A DNA stretch of 52,397 nt from an uncultured Spirochaetaceae bacterium (lineage in GTDB: Bacteria; Spirochaetota; Spirochaetia; JAFGXN01): assembly GCA_964369795.1 (NCBI GenBank), contig CAYJGX010000007.1, positions 1 through 52,397 of the forward strand, given 5' to 3'. The notes beneath the pieces are model-generated. The model made no database searches and was not told where the DNA came from. It saw nothing but the letters and a program-made list of their open reading frames with translations. How positions within the stretch are numbered: position 1 is the first letter of the stretch; each line of letters begins with the position of its first letter. Of the stretch, positions 33,738 to 42,772 are shown piece by piece. Both the position numbers and the translations under genes were made by a program.

Positions 33738-34407
33738 AGCTGTCTGTTTTGATATCGACGGAACTCTCTATCCAAATTATAGAATGTATACTCTTATGTT
33801 GCCAACCTTCTTAATGCACCCTCGACTCTCTATAGCCTATTCCAAGGCTCGAAAAAAAATGCGGCAAATTTCATTTGCGGATTACGAAGGAATGAGTTTT
33901 AGACAAATTCAGGCAACTGTGGTAAAAGAATTTTACCGCACAGCCTTATCTGTTGAGGAGCTCGAGAAAAAAATTGAGAATGATTTATATCGCTCATGGG
34001 AACATGCCTTTAAGCGTGTGCGAGCCTATGATCGGGTGCGAGAAACGATGGATGTGTTAAAGAGCCAAGGGATTCTTTTAGGTGTTTTGTCTGATTTTCC
34101 CGTTCAGCATAAATTACGATATTTACAGTTGCCAAGAGATTTTTTTGCCCATATTAGCTCATCCGAGGAAGCTGGAGCCTTAAAGCCCGATGAAAAAGCC
34201 TTCTTGCCACTTATTGAAGCCTTTGAATGTGATCCTTCAGAAATCCTTTATGTTGGAAATAGTTATGAAAAAGATGTCCTTGGTGCTAGAAAAATGGGCT
34301 TTTTAACGGCGCATTTGGTGCGAAAGAAACCAAAAGAGACCGTTGCCAATTTTAGTTTCGCAAATTTTGAAGAATTCATAAAAAAAATCAAAATTTTAAT
34401 GATTTAA
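33727..34407 (+). CDS. HAD-superfamily hydrolase
   Basis: Motif I FDIDGTL, motif II VLSDFP, Lys in ALKPDE, motif IV VGNSYEKDV. It overlaps the TonB-like gene by 11 nt. Confidence 0.8.
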   Translation: MKIKAVCFDIDGTLYPNYRMYTLMLPTFLMHPRLSIAYSKARKKMRQISFADYEGMSFRQIQATVVKEFYRTALSVEELEKKIENDLYRSWEHAFKRVRAYDRVRETMDVLKSQGILLGVLSDFPVQHKLRYLQLPRDFFAHISSSEEAGALKPDEKAFLPLIEAFECDPSEILYVGNSYEKDVLGARKMGFLTAHLVRKKPKETVANFSFANFEEFIKKIKILMI

Positions 34408-34419
34408 TCAGACTTTCCT

Positions 34420-34448
34420 TTGCAAAATCGCTTTCTCTATGCTAAAAT
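34420..34448 (+). promoter_or_regulatory. Putative sigma70-type promoter for the giant coiled-coil gene
   Basis: -35 TTGCAA at 34420-34425, 17-nt spacer, -10 TAAAAT at 34443-34448, about 50 nt upstream of ATG 34499. Confidence 0.5.
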
Positions 34449-34498
34449 GTTTTGTACGCTGGGAGGCGTGAACTAACTCGATTTTAGGTAGGTATGGT

Positions 34499-37400
34499 AT
34501 GGATTTAATTTCATCAATTATTACAATTGTTGTGGTTGCTTTTATGTTAGTTGTTTCAAAAATGGCCGACAAAAAGAATCAAACTATGAATAATGTACGC
34601 AGGTTTGCAGAAAAGTCAACTTCGGACTTAGATGCGTATGTAGAAACAAAAAAACAACTTTTAAAGGATGCAGCAGTCGATTTAGATGTCAATAAGAGTG
34701 CTGTAGATCAGCTTCTTGCTCGGGTTCAAGAGGTGGGTCAAGGTTTAAATTCCAAAACATCAGAAATCGAAAAACTGTACGAAGAAGTCTCAAACTACAA
34801 GAAATCTATTAGCGAAATTGTTCAAATGACCAACCAAGTCGACGAAAACATTAAGATGCTTAAGATGGAAGATTCATTTTTGAACAATCTTTCAAAACAG
34901 ATTCATGATTCAAAGAATAAGATGCTTGACATCGAAAATAAAATTGGAAAAACGCACAAAGAATTTGAAGAGAAAAATGCAGTGCATATCGAAAACCTTT
35001 GGGTCTCTGCAGTTGAAGAGGCAAACAAGGTTAAACAAGAATTAGAAAATCAGGTAGAAGATTTAAAGGGGTCGGTCTCAAATTTCGAAGACCATATTTA
35101 TCAGTTAGAAGCGACAAGAGATTCTATGGAATCAAGAATTGTCGATGAAGCCGAAGCTCAGTTAAAAATTCTATTAAATAAAAAGGTAAATGAGTTTGAT
35201 GTTGTATCAGATCAAATGAGAGATGAACTCAATGAGTTTACCGAAAAATATCAAGAGGAAGTAAAATCTTACAATCTCGAGACGGCTCAACTTAAAAAAG
35301 ATTATTCACTGGCACTTCAGAAGAATGCGAGTATTTTAAAGAAATATTTGCAATCGGGAGAGGAAATGGTTAAGTCTGTCAATGTTTCCACAGAGGGCTT
35401 AGTCGAAAGAGCGGCAGAGGTAGAAACTTTAGTTGCGACAATTAAATCTTATGATTCTGACATCGAAAAGCTTACAGAACTTTCTCAAAATATTCATAGT
35501 AATCTTGCAACTTTAAAGGAAGGCGAAGCTTTTGTATCAAATTCAAATCGCAAAATTGCTGGATTGCAACAAACATACAATGAACTACAAAACAAGCTTG
35601 CAAATTTAGAGTCAGACGTAGTTCAAAAAAACCAAAAAGCCCTCGAATCCATATCGGAGGCGGTAAAAGGCAACATCGAGGCAACAAGCCGTGGTTTTTT
35701 TGCCCGGTTTGAGGCTGTCGAAGGCGATTTAAACGAATTTGAATCCCGGATGAACGATTTAGATGCAAAACGAGAAAACTTTTTTGCAAGTGCAGAGCGT
35801 GAATTTACCGAGCAAACTCAAGCCCACTTCAACAAGTCCAAAGAGCAAAACAAAGAGCTTGCAACGACTTTCCAAAACTTTTATAACAAATATTCAATCG
35901 TCTTCAAAGACGAAAAACTTGCAGCAGAAACAGCTACAACCAAAATCGAAACACTCTTGTCCGAACTCGATGACAAAAGCAATCAAGTCGTCAATATTTC
36001 CTCTCGCCTAAGTAATTACGACGAGCAAATGGAACGCCTTGTCAAAATGAATCGCGATGCTTCTGAGAAACTCTCTTACATCGAATCAAAGCAAAAAGTC
36101 ATCAACAAACTCGATGGAAAAGTTCGACAATCAGAAAAAGCCATTGTCGATATCGAGACACGGATTCCTCAAATCCAATCACAATTTCAAAAAGCAAACG
36201 AAGCGAAACTATCTCAAATTTTTGATGACAATCGAAAAGAACAGGACCTTGTGGTCGGTGAATTGCGTAAGGAAATCGATGTAGCTGCTTCGAAAGTCTC
36301 CGAATTCGAGGTCTACTTGGGAATGCTCCAAGCGAGAAAAGACGAAATGAGCGAAAATTTATTCGAAGATATAAAAGCAAAAGCCGATTCTGTCTACAAG
36401 GAACTCACAGGCAGCTTCGACAAAATTATTACCGAAAAGCACACTCTTTCGCTTAAAGAATTTCAAGGTCAAACGCAAGAAATTCTTAAGAAATTCAACG
36501 CCGATGTTGGAGTTCTCGAAAACGAAGCAAAGAACATTACACAGTCAACCACTTTGTCAACGGGTCGACTTTCGGCAACGCTTAAAGAAGAGCTTGACAG
36601 AGTTGCAACTCAAGTGCAAACACTCACCGACGAATACCGAACCGAAGTGGCAAATAGCGTTGCACTCTATCAAGAACAGAAAACGGGCTCTAAAGAGATG
36701 GCAGAGACAAATCAACGACTGCTCGATCAATTTAACCGCCGCCAATCCGAATTATCTTCCATGTATCAACGCCTAGAATCGCTTGATTCTGAAATGCAAG
36801 TGGTTGTGAAATTAGGCGAGGAGACGCAAGCAAATTTTCTAGAAGTGCAAAAAAATAGTAAATTCATACATGGTCTTGTGAAATCTGCAAACCAAGGTGA
36901 AGCTCGGCTAAACGCAATTGAAAAACGCATCCCGCAAATGGAAAAAACCTTCTCAGAGATTAATAAAACAAATTTAGAAGGGGTCTATAACGAACTTGCG
37001 GGCAAAACGCAAGAATCAATGCAGTTAGTCGACCAAAAAATTCAAGCAATTCAAGAAAATCTTGTCTCTTTTAATGCCGAAATGGCAGACTATTCAGAGA
37101 AAAACAGACTCGAAGCGGGAGTTGCTTTGGTGCAATTCAAATCGAATTTAGAAAATTCTCGGGTCGCTAGTGAATCCTGGAATCATCAAATGATTCAAGA
37201 GCAAAAAGAGCATATCAATACTCATTTAGCAGAATTTCAAGAATCGACAGGCGAAATTTTTACAAAGGCGACAAACCTAATTCAAATCTTAAATACAGCT
37301 TACAGCGATAATCTAGGAAACTGGGAAGCAAAGGCAAAGCAGTTTAAGGATGAAACCTTGTCTGTCGAAAATAGATTTAATGAAAATATTAATCAAATGA

Positions 37401-39688
37401 TCTCTCGCGTTAAAGAGATGGATAATGAAGTCTTAAGTTCAATCAAACGAGAAATCGAAGTATCTGCAAACGAAGCAAAAGCAGAAATGCTCGAAAAAGT
37501 ACAGATCGTAAAAACAGAACTTCTTACCATCACACAAGAAATTTCAGGAAACACACAAGCTCTCAATGAACGCTCTACAAATCGCCTCTTACAAATAGAA
37601 GCTCAAATATTAGATTTCGAATATGCCTTAAATGCTCGCTATGATCAACTAGAAGCATTGCCAGAAGAGCTTGACACAATCGAAAAATCGGTCAAGGATT
37701 ATATCAAGGCAGAAAGTAATAAGCTTTACGGCGAAATGAATAAAGTTTCTCAAGAATTAACAGCAAAAAGTTCACAATATATGGCTGCCGCTACCGATCT
37801 TCATTCATCAATCAAAACAGAAATATCGTCTATTAACGACAGCCTTAGCTCCTTAAAAGAAGAGGCACATAATAGTGTCTCTGGAAGATTGCTTGCAATT
37901 GAATCGGACTTCTTTAGCGACCTAGATGGCCGAAAAGAACATATGGAAGCACAAGTCAACGATTTTGAATTTAAGATGATGGAGATGTTAAAATCTTCTA
38001 AGCAAGAAATTCAACGCAATCGCGATACTTTAAAAGAATCTTTAACCGCGGATTTCTTGGAGCAGGTTAACCTCAATAAGGAACGATGTTACTCGGAGCT
38101 AGAGACAATCTCAAATTCAATTACAGAATTTAAAACCAATATAGAGGGAACGCTCGCTAATTCTACCGATTCTCTAGAAGTGGCAAAAGTGTCGATAGCA
38201 CGTGATTATGATGCATTAAAAAATGCCTCTGCGGAGCTCATGGAATCTAAGCTAGAAGTCTACAATACTCAAATACAAGAAAAAATGGACCAAGCCCGTG
38301 ATCATTTTCTGCTTGAGATTAATGGTATCAAATCTAATATTTCAGAGAATGCGGCTCAAATTGATTTGATGCTAGAGGCTTCTCAAAAGAATATAGACAG
38401 TTGGCAAGAAAGACAGCTTATCGAATGGAATGCGCTTCAATCTTCTGTTCAGACAGAGGTCTCAGATTTTAAAACTGAAATGGACAAAAATCTTGACACC
38501 TTCAAACTTGCATTCAAATCACAACAAAGCGATTTTGAAAATGAATATACCGAAAAAATTCATCTCCTCAATAATCACGTTGGCAGTTTAGGTCAGAAAG
38601 TAGATGGTTTTACCACTCACATGTCAGAGGCACAATCCATTTTTAGCAATGAAATTAAGGCAAGTAAAACTTCGCTAATCGAAAACACGAATACAGTGCG
38701 CAATGAAATTCTAGCGGTGCAAGATGGTCTTGAAAAGAGAATTGCAAGTGCGGTTAATATTTTTGAAAAAGAAAGTTCAGAAATTTCACGAGAAATCAAA
38801 GAATTTAAGACCCAAACAAAATTATTTGAAAGGGCCGATACTCTCAAACTCAAGCTTACAGAGGATATTCAAGAATTTAGAAATTCTCTATCCGTTTTAC
38901 TTCAACAAAAGAAAGAGCTTAAAGAGGTCGATAAAGACTTCGGAAATATTCGAAAACTTGAAAGCGAGCTCAATGCAAAACTCAATAATATGAAAGTTCA
39001 GCGAACTCAAATTGATGAACTTGACTCAAAGTTTACGCGATTGCTTTCGGTTTCTGTTGATGTTGATGCTAGATTATCAAACTTACTAGATAGTAGCGAT
39101 AAATTGCAGGCTTTGGAATTGCAAGCAAGACGTTTAGGTGACTTAGAAGGGGATCTTGAAGGCAAATATCTACGACTTACCAATCAACAAAAGATGCTCG
39201 AAGAGACGAATTCTGGAGTTGCACTTGCCTTTAAAGAGCTCAACAAAATTGAAGACCGCATGAAAAAAGCGGGTGGAGATTTCACTACCTTCTTAAAGGG
39301 GCTTAAAGAATCAAATGATCGCATTCAATTGCTTATTAATGGAAAGGCCGATGCCGATAAGGCGGTTCGACTCTTGCTAGAATTTGATAAAAAATTAAAA
39401 GCGCTAGAAACACATTTGCAAGAAGTTAGAGACTCCGAAGAATGGCTTGCAGGAACAGAAACACGAATGAAAGCTTACTCCGATCGTATGGACGAAAACA
39501 TGCGAGTCTTTACCGCATTAAATAGTGTTAAAAACGGTGGAGGATCTCAATCGATTCCACAGGCGGAAAAAAAGGATATGGTATTAAATTTCTCTAAAAA
39601 AGGCTGGAATGTAGAACAAATTCAAAATGCAACGGGAATTAGTCGCGGCGAGATTGAGCTTATAATTCAAATGGCGTCAAAAAAATGA
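34499..39688 (+). CDS. Giant (1729 aa) membrane-anchored coiled-coil protein with a C-terminal helix-turn-helix-like tail
   Basis: N-terminal TM helix LISSIITIVVVAFMLVV. About 1650 aa of E/K/Q/L-rich heptad sequence contains almost no Pro or Gly. The last 35 aa or so read KKGWNVEQIQNATGISRGEIELIIQMASKK. Confidence 0.85.
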   Translation: MDLISSIITIVVVAFMLVVSKMADKKNQTMNNVRRFAEKSTSDLDAYVETKKQLLKDAAVDLDVNKSAVDQLLARVQEVGQGLNSKTSEIEKLYEEVSNYKKSISEIVQMTNQVDENIKMLKMEDSFLNNLSKQIHDSKNKMLDIENKIGKTHKEFEEKNAVHIENLWVSAVEEANKVKQELENQVEDLKGSVSNFEDHIYQLEATRDSMESRIVDEAEAQLKILLNKKVNEFDVVSDQMRDELNEFTEKYQEEVKSYNLETAQLKKDYSLALQKNASILKKYLQSGEEMVKSVNVSTEGLVERAAEVETLVATIKSYDSDIEKLTELSQNIHSNLATLKEGEAFVSNSNRKIAGLQQTYNELQNKLANLESDVVQKNQKALESISEAVKGNIEATSRGFFARFEAVEGDLNEFESRMNDLDAKRENFFASAEREFTEQTQAHFNKSKEQNKELATTFQNFYNKYSIVFKDEKLAAETATTKIETLLSELDDKSNQVVNISSRLSNYDEQMERLVKMNRDASEKLSYIESKQKVINKLDGKVRQSEKAIVDIETRIPQIQSQFQKANEAKLSQIFDDNRKEQDLVVGELRKEIDVAASKVSEFEVYLGMLQARKDEMSENLFEDIKAKADSVYKELTGSFDKIITEKHTLSLKEFQGQTQEILKKFNADVGVLENEAKNITQSTTLSTGRLSATLKEELDRVATQVQTLTDEYRTEVANSVALYQEQKTGSKEMAETNQRLLDQFNRRQSELSSMYQRLESLDSEMQVVVKLGEETQANFLEVQKNSKFIHGLVKSANQGEARLNAIEKRIPQMEKTFSEINKTNLEGVYNELAGKTQESMQLVDQKIQAIQENLVSFNAEMADYSEKNRLEAGVALVQFKSNLENSRVASESWNHQMIQEQKEHINTHLAEFQESTGEIFTKATNLIQILNTAYSDNLGNWEAKAKQFKDETLSVENRFNENINQMISRVKEMDNEVLSSIKREIEVSANEAKAEMLEKVQIVKTELLTITQEISGNTQALNERSTNRLLQIEAQILDFEYALNARYDQLEALPEELDTIEKSVKDYIKAESNKLYGEMNKVSQELTAKSSQYMAAATDLHSSIKTEISSINDSLSSLKEEAHNSVSGRLLAIESDFFSDLDGRKEHMEAQVNDFEFKMMEMLKSSKQEIQRNRDTLKESLTADFLEQVNLNKERCYSELETISNSITEFKTNIEGTLANSTDSLEVAKVSIARDYDALKNASAELMESKLEVYNTQIQEKMDQARDHFLLEINGIKSNISENAAQIDLMLEASQKNIDSWQERQLIEWNALQSSVQTEVSDFKTEMDKNLDTFKLAFKSQQSDFENEYTEKIHLLNNHVGSLGQKVDGFTTHMSEAQSIFSNEIKASKTSLIENTNTVRNEILAVQDGLEKRIASAVNIFEKESSEISREIKEFKTQTKLFERADTLKLKLTEDIQEFRNSLSVLLQQKKELKEVDKDFGNIRKLESELNAKLNNMKVQRTQIDELDSKFTRLLSVSVDVDARLSNLLDSSDKLQALELQARRLGDLEGDLEGKYLRLTNQQKMLEETNSGVALAFKELNKIEDRMKKAGGDFTTFLKGLKESNDRIQLLINGKADADKAVRLLLEFDKKLKALETHLQEVRDSEEWLAGTETRMKAYSDRMDENMRVFTALNSVKNGGGSQSIPQAEKKDMVLNFSKKGWNVEQIQNATGISRGEIELIIQMASKK

Positions 39689-39763
39689 TCTTTTTTAAAA
39701 TTCGACCTTCTGTGACTTGCGAACTTCCTTTTTTGCTATTAAAATACTTGTAAGGAGTATATT

Positions 39764-40336
39764 ATGAGTTTAAAAGGAACAAAAACAGAGGTCAATTTAA
39801 TGAAATCGTTTGCGGGAGAATCTCAGGCAAGAATGAGATATACCTATTTTGCATCGGTTGCAAAAAAAGAAGGTTTTGTGCAAATCGCCAATGCCTTCGA
39901 AGAAACGGCAAATCAAGAAAAGGAACATGCTAAGCGGTTTTTTAAGGCATTAGAAGGTGGGTTAGTCGAAATTACAGAATCTTTTCCTGCGGGCAAAATT
40001 GGGACAACAGAAGAAAATTTACTAGCCGCTGCAAATGGCGAACATGAAGAATGGTCAGATGCCTATCCTTCCTTTGCAAAAATTGCACGAGAAGAAGGAT
40101 TTGCTGCAATTGCTGACATGTGGGAAGCCATATCTGTAGCAGAAAAACAACACGAAAAACGATACAGAGATTTTTATAATAATATTGTCAATGGCTCTGT
40201 TTTTAAGAAATCCGAGAAAACTGTTTGGCGTTGTCAAAATTGTGGATATATACATGAAGGTTTGCATGCAGTAGAAAAATGTCCAGCATGTGCCCATCCA
40301 CAAGCACATTTTGAAGTATTGGCAGAAAATTGGTAA
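39764..40336 (+). CDS. rbr: Rubrerythrin
   Basis: 190 aa with di-iron ExxH motifs (EKEHAKRF, EKQHEKRY) and a C-terminal rubredoxin-like CQNCGY..CPACAH. Confidence 0.95.
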   Translation: MSLKGTKTEVNLMKSFAGESQARMRYTYFASVAKKEGFVQIANAFEETANQEKEHAKRFFKALEGGLVEITESFPAGKIGTTEENLLAAANGEHEEWSDAYPSFAKIAREEGFAAIADMWEAISVAEKQHEKRYRDFYNNIVNGSVFKKSEKTVWRCQNCGYIHEGLHAVEKCPACAHPQAHFEVLAENW

Positions 40337-40350
40337 AAGTAGGAGCAACT

Positions 40351-40731
40351 ATGCAAGAAAGATTTACTTTATACCGATGCACAACCTGTAAAAATGTTGT
40401 TGAAATGGTGCAGGCAAAGGGGGGACACTTAAGTTGTTGTGGCCAGCCTATGTTAGAAGTTGTCCCGCACGAAGTCGAGGCGGCATTAGAGAAGCACATC
40501 CCTGTTATCACGCAGGTAGATGGAGGAATTTTTGTGTCGGTTGGCGAAGTAGCACATCCAATGGAAGAAGAACACTTAATCTTATGGATTGAATTAACGG
40601 TCGATGGAATTACAAGAAAACAATATCTAAATCCAGGGGATAAGCCCGAAGCATTTTTTCCAAATATAACTGGGAAAAATATCATAGCAAGAGAATTTTG
40701 TAACCTTCACGGTTCGTGGGTTTCGAAATAA
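40351..40731 (+). CDS. dfx: Desulfoferrodoxin (2Fe superoxide reductase)
   Basis: Centre I is [17 protein letters not shown]. Centre II ligand context is EKHIPVI, HPMEEEH and CNLHGSW. RBS AGGAG precedes ATG 40351; the ORF track starts upstream at 40330. Confidence 0.9.
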   Translation: MQERFTLYRCTTCKNVVEMVQAKGGHLSCCGQPMLEVVPHEVEAALEKHIPVITQVDGGIFVSVGEVAHPMEEEHLILWIELTVDGITRKQYLNPGDKPEAFFPNITGKNIIAREFCNLHGSWVSK

Positions 40732-40751
40732 ATAAAAGAAAGGAGAATATT

Positions 40752-40910
40752 ATGTCAAAATTTGTATGTGACTTATGTGGTTATACATATGATCCAGCAG
40801 AAGGGGATCCAGATAATGGAGTAGCAGCAGGAACAGCATGGGCAGATGTCCCAGAAGACTGGGTTTGCCCACTTTGTGGAGCAGGCAAAGAAGAATTTTC
40901 TGAAGCATAA
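40752..40910 (+). CDS. rub: Rubredoxin
   Basis: 52 aa: [38 protein letters not shown] precedes ATG 40752. Confidence 0.95.
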   Translation: MSKFVCDLCGYTYDPAEGDPDNGVAAGTAWADVPEDWVCPLCGAGKEEFSEA

Positions 40911-40921
40911 TTCAACACGAT

Positions 40922-40954
40922 AAAAAAGGGCTCTAGTTATAGAGTCCTTTTTTT
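40922..40954. terminator. Hairpin with flanking A and T runs, shared by the convergent rubredoxin and cysE genes
   Basis: AAAAAA GGGCTCTA GT TATAGAGTCC TTTTTTT. The hairpin overlaps the cysE stop codon (40937-40939). Confidence 0.65.
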
Positions 40955-41887
40955 GTCTTTAATATTGATTGCATCTTTGTGGTAGACAACCGCGTTAGGT
41001 GGTATCGAAGAGGTAATCCAACAACTACCTCCTATAATGGATCCTTTCCCAATGGTGGTGTTACCCCCAAGGATAGTAGCGTTTGCATAGATAATTACAT
41101 CATCCTCAATATTAGGATGACGCTTTGCGCCGCGTAAAGGCTCGCCTTTTTTATCAAAGGGGGAAAGTGCGCCAAGGGTTACACCTTGATATATTTTTAC
41201 ATTGTTCCCAATAACACAAGTTTCACCGATAACTACTCCAGTTCCATGGTCAATAAAAAAACCGGGTGCGATTGTTGCACCTGGATGAATATCAATTCCA
41301 GTTCTTGAATGGGCTCGCTCGCTCATTATCCGTGGGATGATAGGCAAATTTTGATTATAAAGAAAATTTGCAATCCTATAAGTGGCTATGGCATCAATAA
41401 AGGGGTAGCTTAGAATGATCTCTTGGTGTGATGTAGCGGCGGGGTCACCATTAAAGGCGGTTTGGACGTCTTGACGTATTGCTTCGCAAATATCGGGGAG
41501 GGCATTTAATAAGTTAGTAATAATAGTAAATGCATTTGAAGCTGCCTTGCCGTGGCAACAACCGTCGCGTTTTAGTAAAACTAAAATAGCATACTTTTGT
41601 AAACCTGTTGCAGCTTCACGGAGTGTTGTGTTTAATTGATAAGGAAGATCGTCAGGCTGTGAGGAATTGGTTTTATAGCTACTTGGAAACAATGCTTCTA
41701 GCAGTTTGTCTAGGACTGCATGTATTTCGTTTTTGCCAGAAATTCCAAGAGTAAAGCGTGTTTCGTTGCAGTCAGTTGTATTTATCTCATTCGTGAGTTT
41801 TTTCGTTATCTTTGGGAGGTTAAAATCTATCCATTCATATAAATCATTCATATAATAATATATCGGATATTTGCTCAATAAATTCAA
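40937..41887 (-). CDS. cysE: Serine O-acetyltransferase
   Basis: 316 aa with an N-terminal SATase helical domain and a left-handed beta-helix hexapeptide region (GIDIHPGATIAPGFFIDHGTGVVIGETCVIGNNVKIYQGVTLG..). Confidence 0.9.
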   Translation of the reverse strand: MNLLSKYPIYYYMNDLYEWIDFNLPKITKKLTNEINTTDCNETRFTLGISGKNEIHAVLDKLLEALFPSSYKTNSSQPDDLPYQLNTTLREAATGLQKYAILVLLKRDGCCHGKAASNAFTIITNLLNALPDICEAIRQDVQTAFNGDPAATSHQEIILSYPFIDAIATYRIANFLYNQNLPIIPRIMSERAHSRTGIDIHPGATIAPGFFIDHGTGVVIGETCVIGNNVKIYQGVTLGALSPFDKKGEPLRGAKRHPNIEDDVIIYANATILGGNTTIGKGSIIGGSCWITSSIPPNAVVYHKDAINIKDKKRTL

Positions 41888-42007
41888 TATGAAATAATAA
41901 AAATGATTATCATTATAGTGATAAGTGCTTAAAATGACGAGAAATATTTATTGATGCCTTTTTACTCATTTTAGAGTAAAATAATAAAGAAATTTATTGA
42001 TTATTGA

Positions 42008-42036
42008 TTGACATATATGCATATTAGGATTATATT
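42008..42036 (+). promoter_or_regulatory. Putative sigma70-type promoter (TTGACA, 17 nt spacer, TATATT)
   Basis: -35 at 42008-42013, -10 at 42031-42036, 20 nt upstream of ATG 42057. Confidence 0.55.
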
Positions 42037-42056
42037 TTAATACAGGAGGCAAAAAA

Positions 42057-42605
42057 ATGAAAAAACTAATATTATTTTTTGCAATAATTTCAATGGCATT
42101 CACTAGTTGTGCAATGGTCGATGAACTCAAGGCTGCTTCTATTTATACTGACTTCATGCTAGGCTTTACCGAAAATTGGGAGGCGTGGGCGGTTGATCCC
42201 GCTATTACTACAAAAGAATTGATCGACGATAAGACAAAATTCACTGTAACTTTTCCAGAAACAGAGATGGGTAACTTAAAGTATACCTATGAAGGAACAG
42301 TTGTTGTAGAATTTATACCAAAGTCATATACTGAGGGTGGCGAAAAACATGATTTCTATCACGTAGATGCAGATGTGAAAGTTGTTTCGACAAATAATCT
42401 TAAACCTTATATAGGAACAGATACTTTAGAAATTCACTTACAATGTTTACCTACAGGTTTTATTAGTGATGGAGTTGCAGTTACTTCGTATGTTGATACG
42501 GTTGATGGTATTAAAACCTGGGAAGCTGCAAACTTAGAAGGTGTTTGGTTTGTCGTAAAGAATCCAGACGCAAAGACAGAAACAGAAACAGAAGCAACTG
42601 AGTAA
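42057..42605 (+). CDS. Small lipoprotein, unknown function
   Basis: Signal and lipobox LILFFAIISMAFTSC. RBS AGGAGG. Acidic TETETEATE tail. Confidence 0.7.
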   Translation: MKKLILFFAIISMAFTSCAMVDELKAASIYTDFMLGFTENWEAWAVDPAITTKELIDDKTKFTVTFPETEMGNLKYTYEGTVVVEFIPKSYTEGGEKHDFYHVDADVKVVSTNNLKPYIGTDTLEIHLQCLPTGFISDGVAVTSYVDTVDGIKTWEAANLEGVWFVVKNPDAKTETETEATE

Positions 42606-42708
42606 ATAGACTATCTTATTCACTCAAATAATTGGATAAAGCGAACTTTTATTTTATAATAGAGGTTCGTTTTTTTTTGTAATTATAAAGAAAAAATTTA
42701 AAAATCGT

Positions 42709-42737
42709 TTGACGGCACGGCAAACTTGTCGTATAAT
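42709..42737 (+). promoter_or_regulatory. Putative sigma70-type promoter (TTGACG, 17 nt spacer, TATAAT)
   Basis: -35 at 42709-42714, -10 at 42732-42737. It argues that translation starts at ATG 42773 rather than the track start at 42749. Confidence 0.6.
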
Positions 42738-42772
42738 ATACTATCTATATGTTATATATAAGGGGCTTCTTA

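Noticed and set aside
40055-40685. Minus-strand ORFs of 97 and 160 aa across rbr and dfx.
   Set aside because: They are antisense to two genes with complete metal-centre motifs and have no independent signals.
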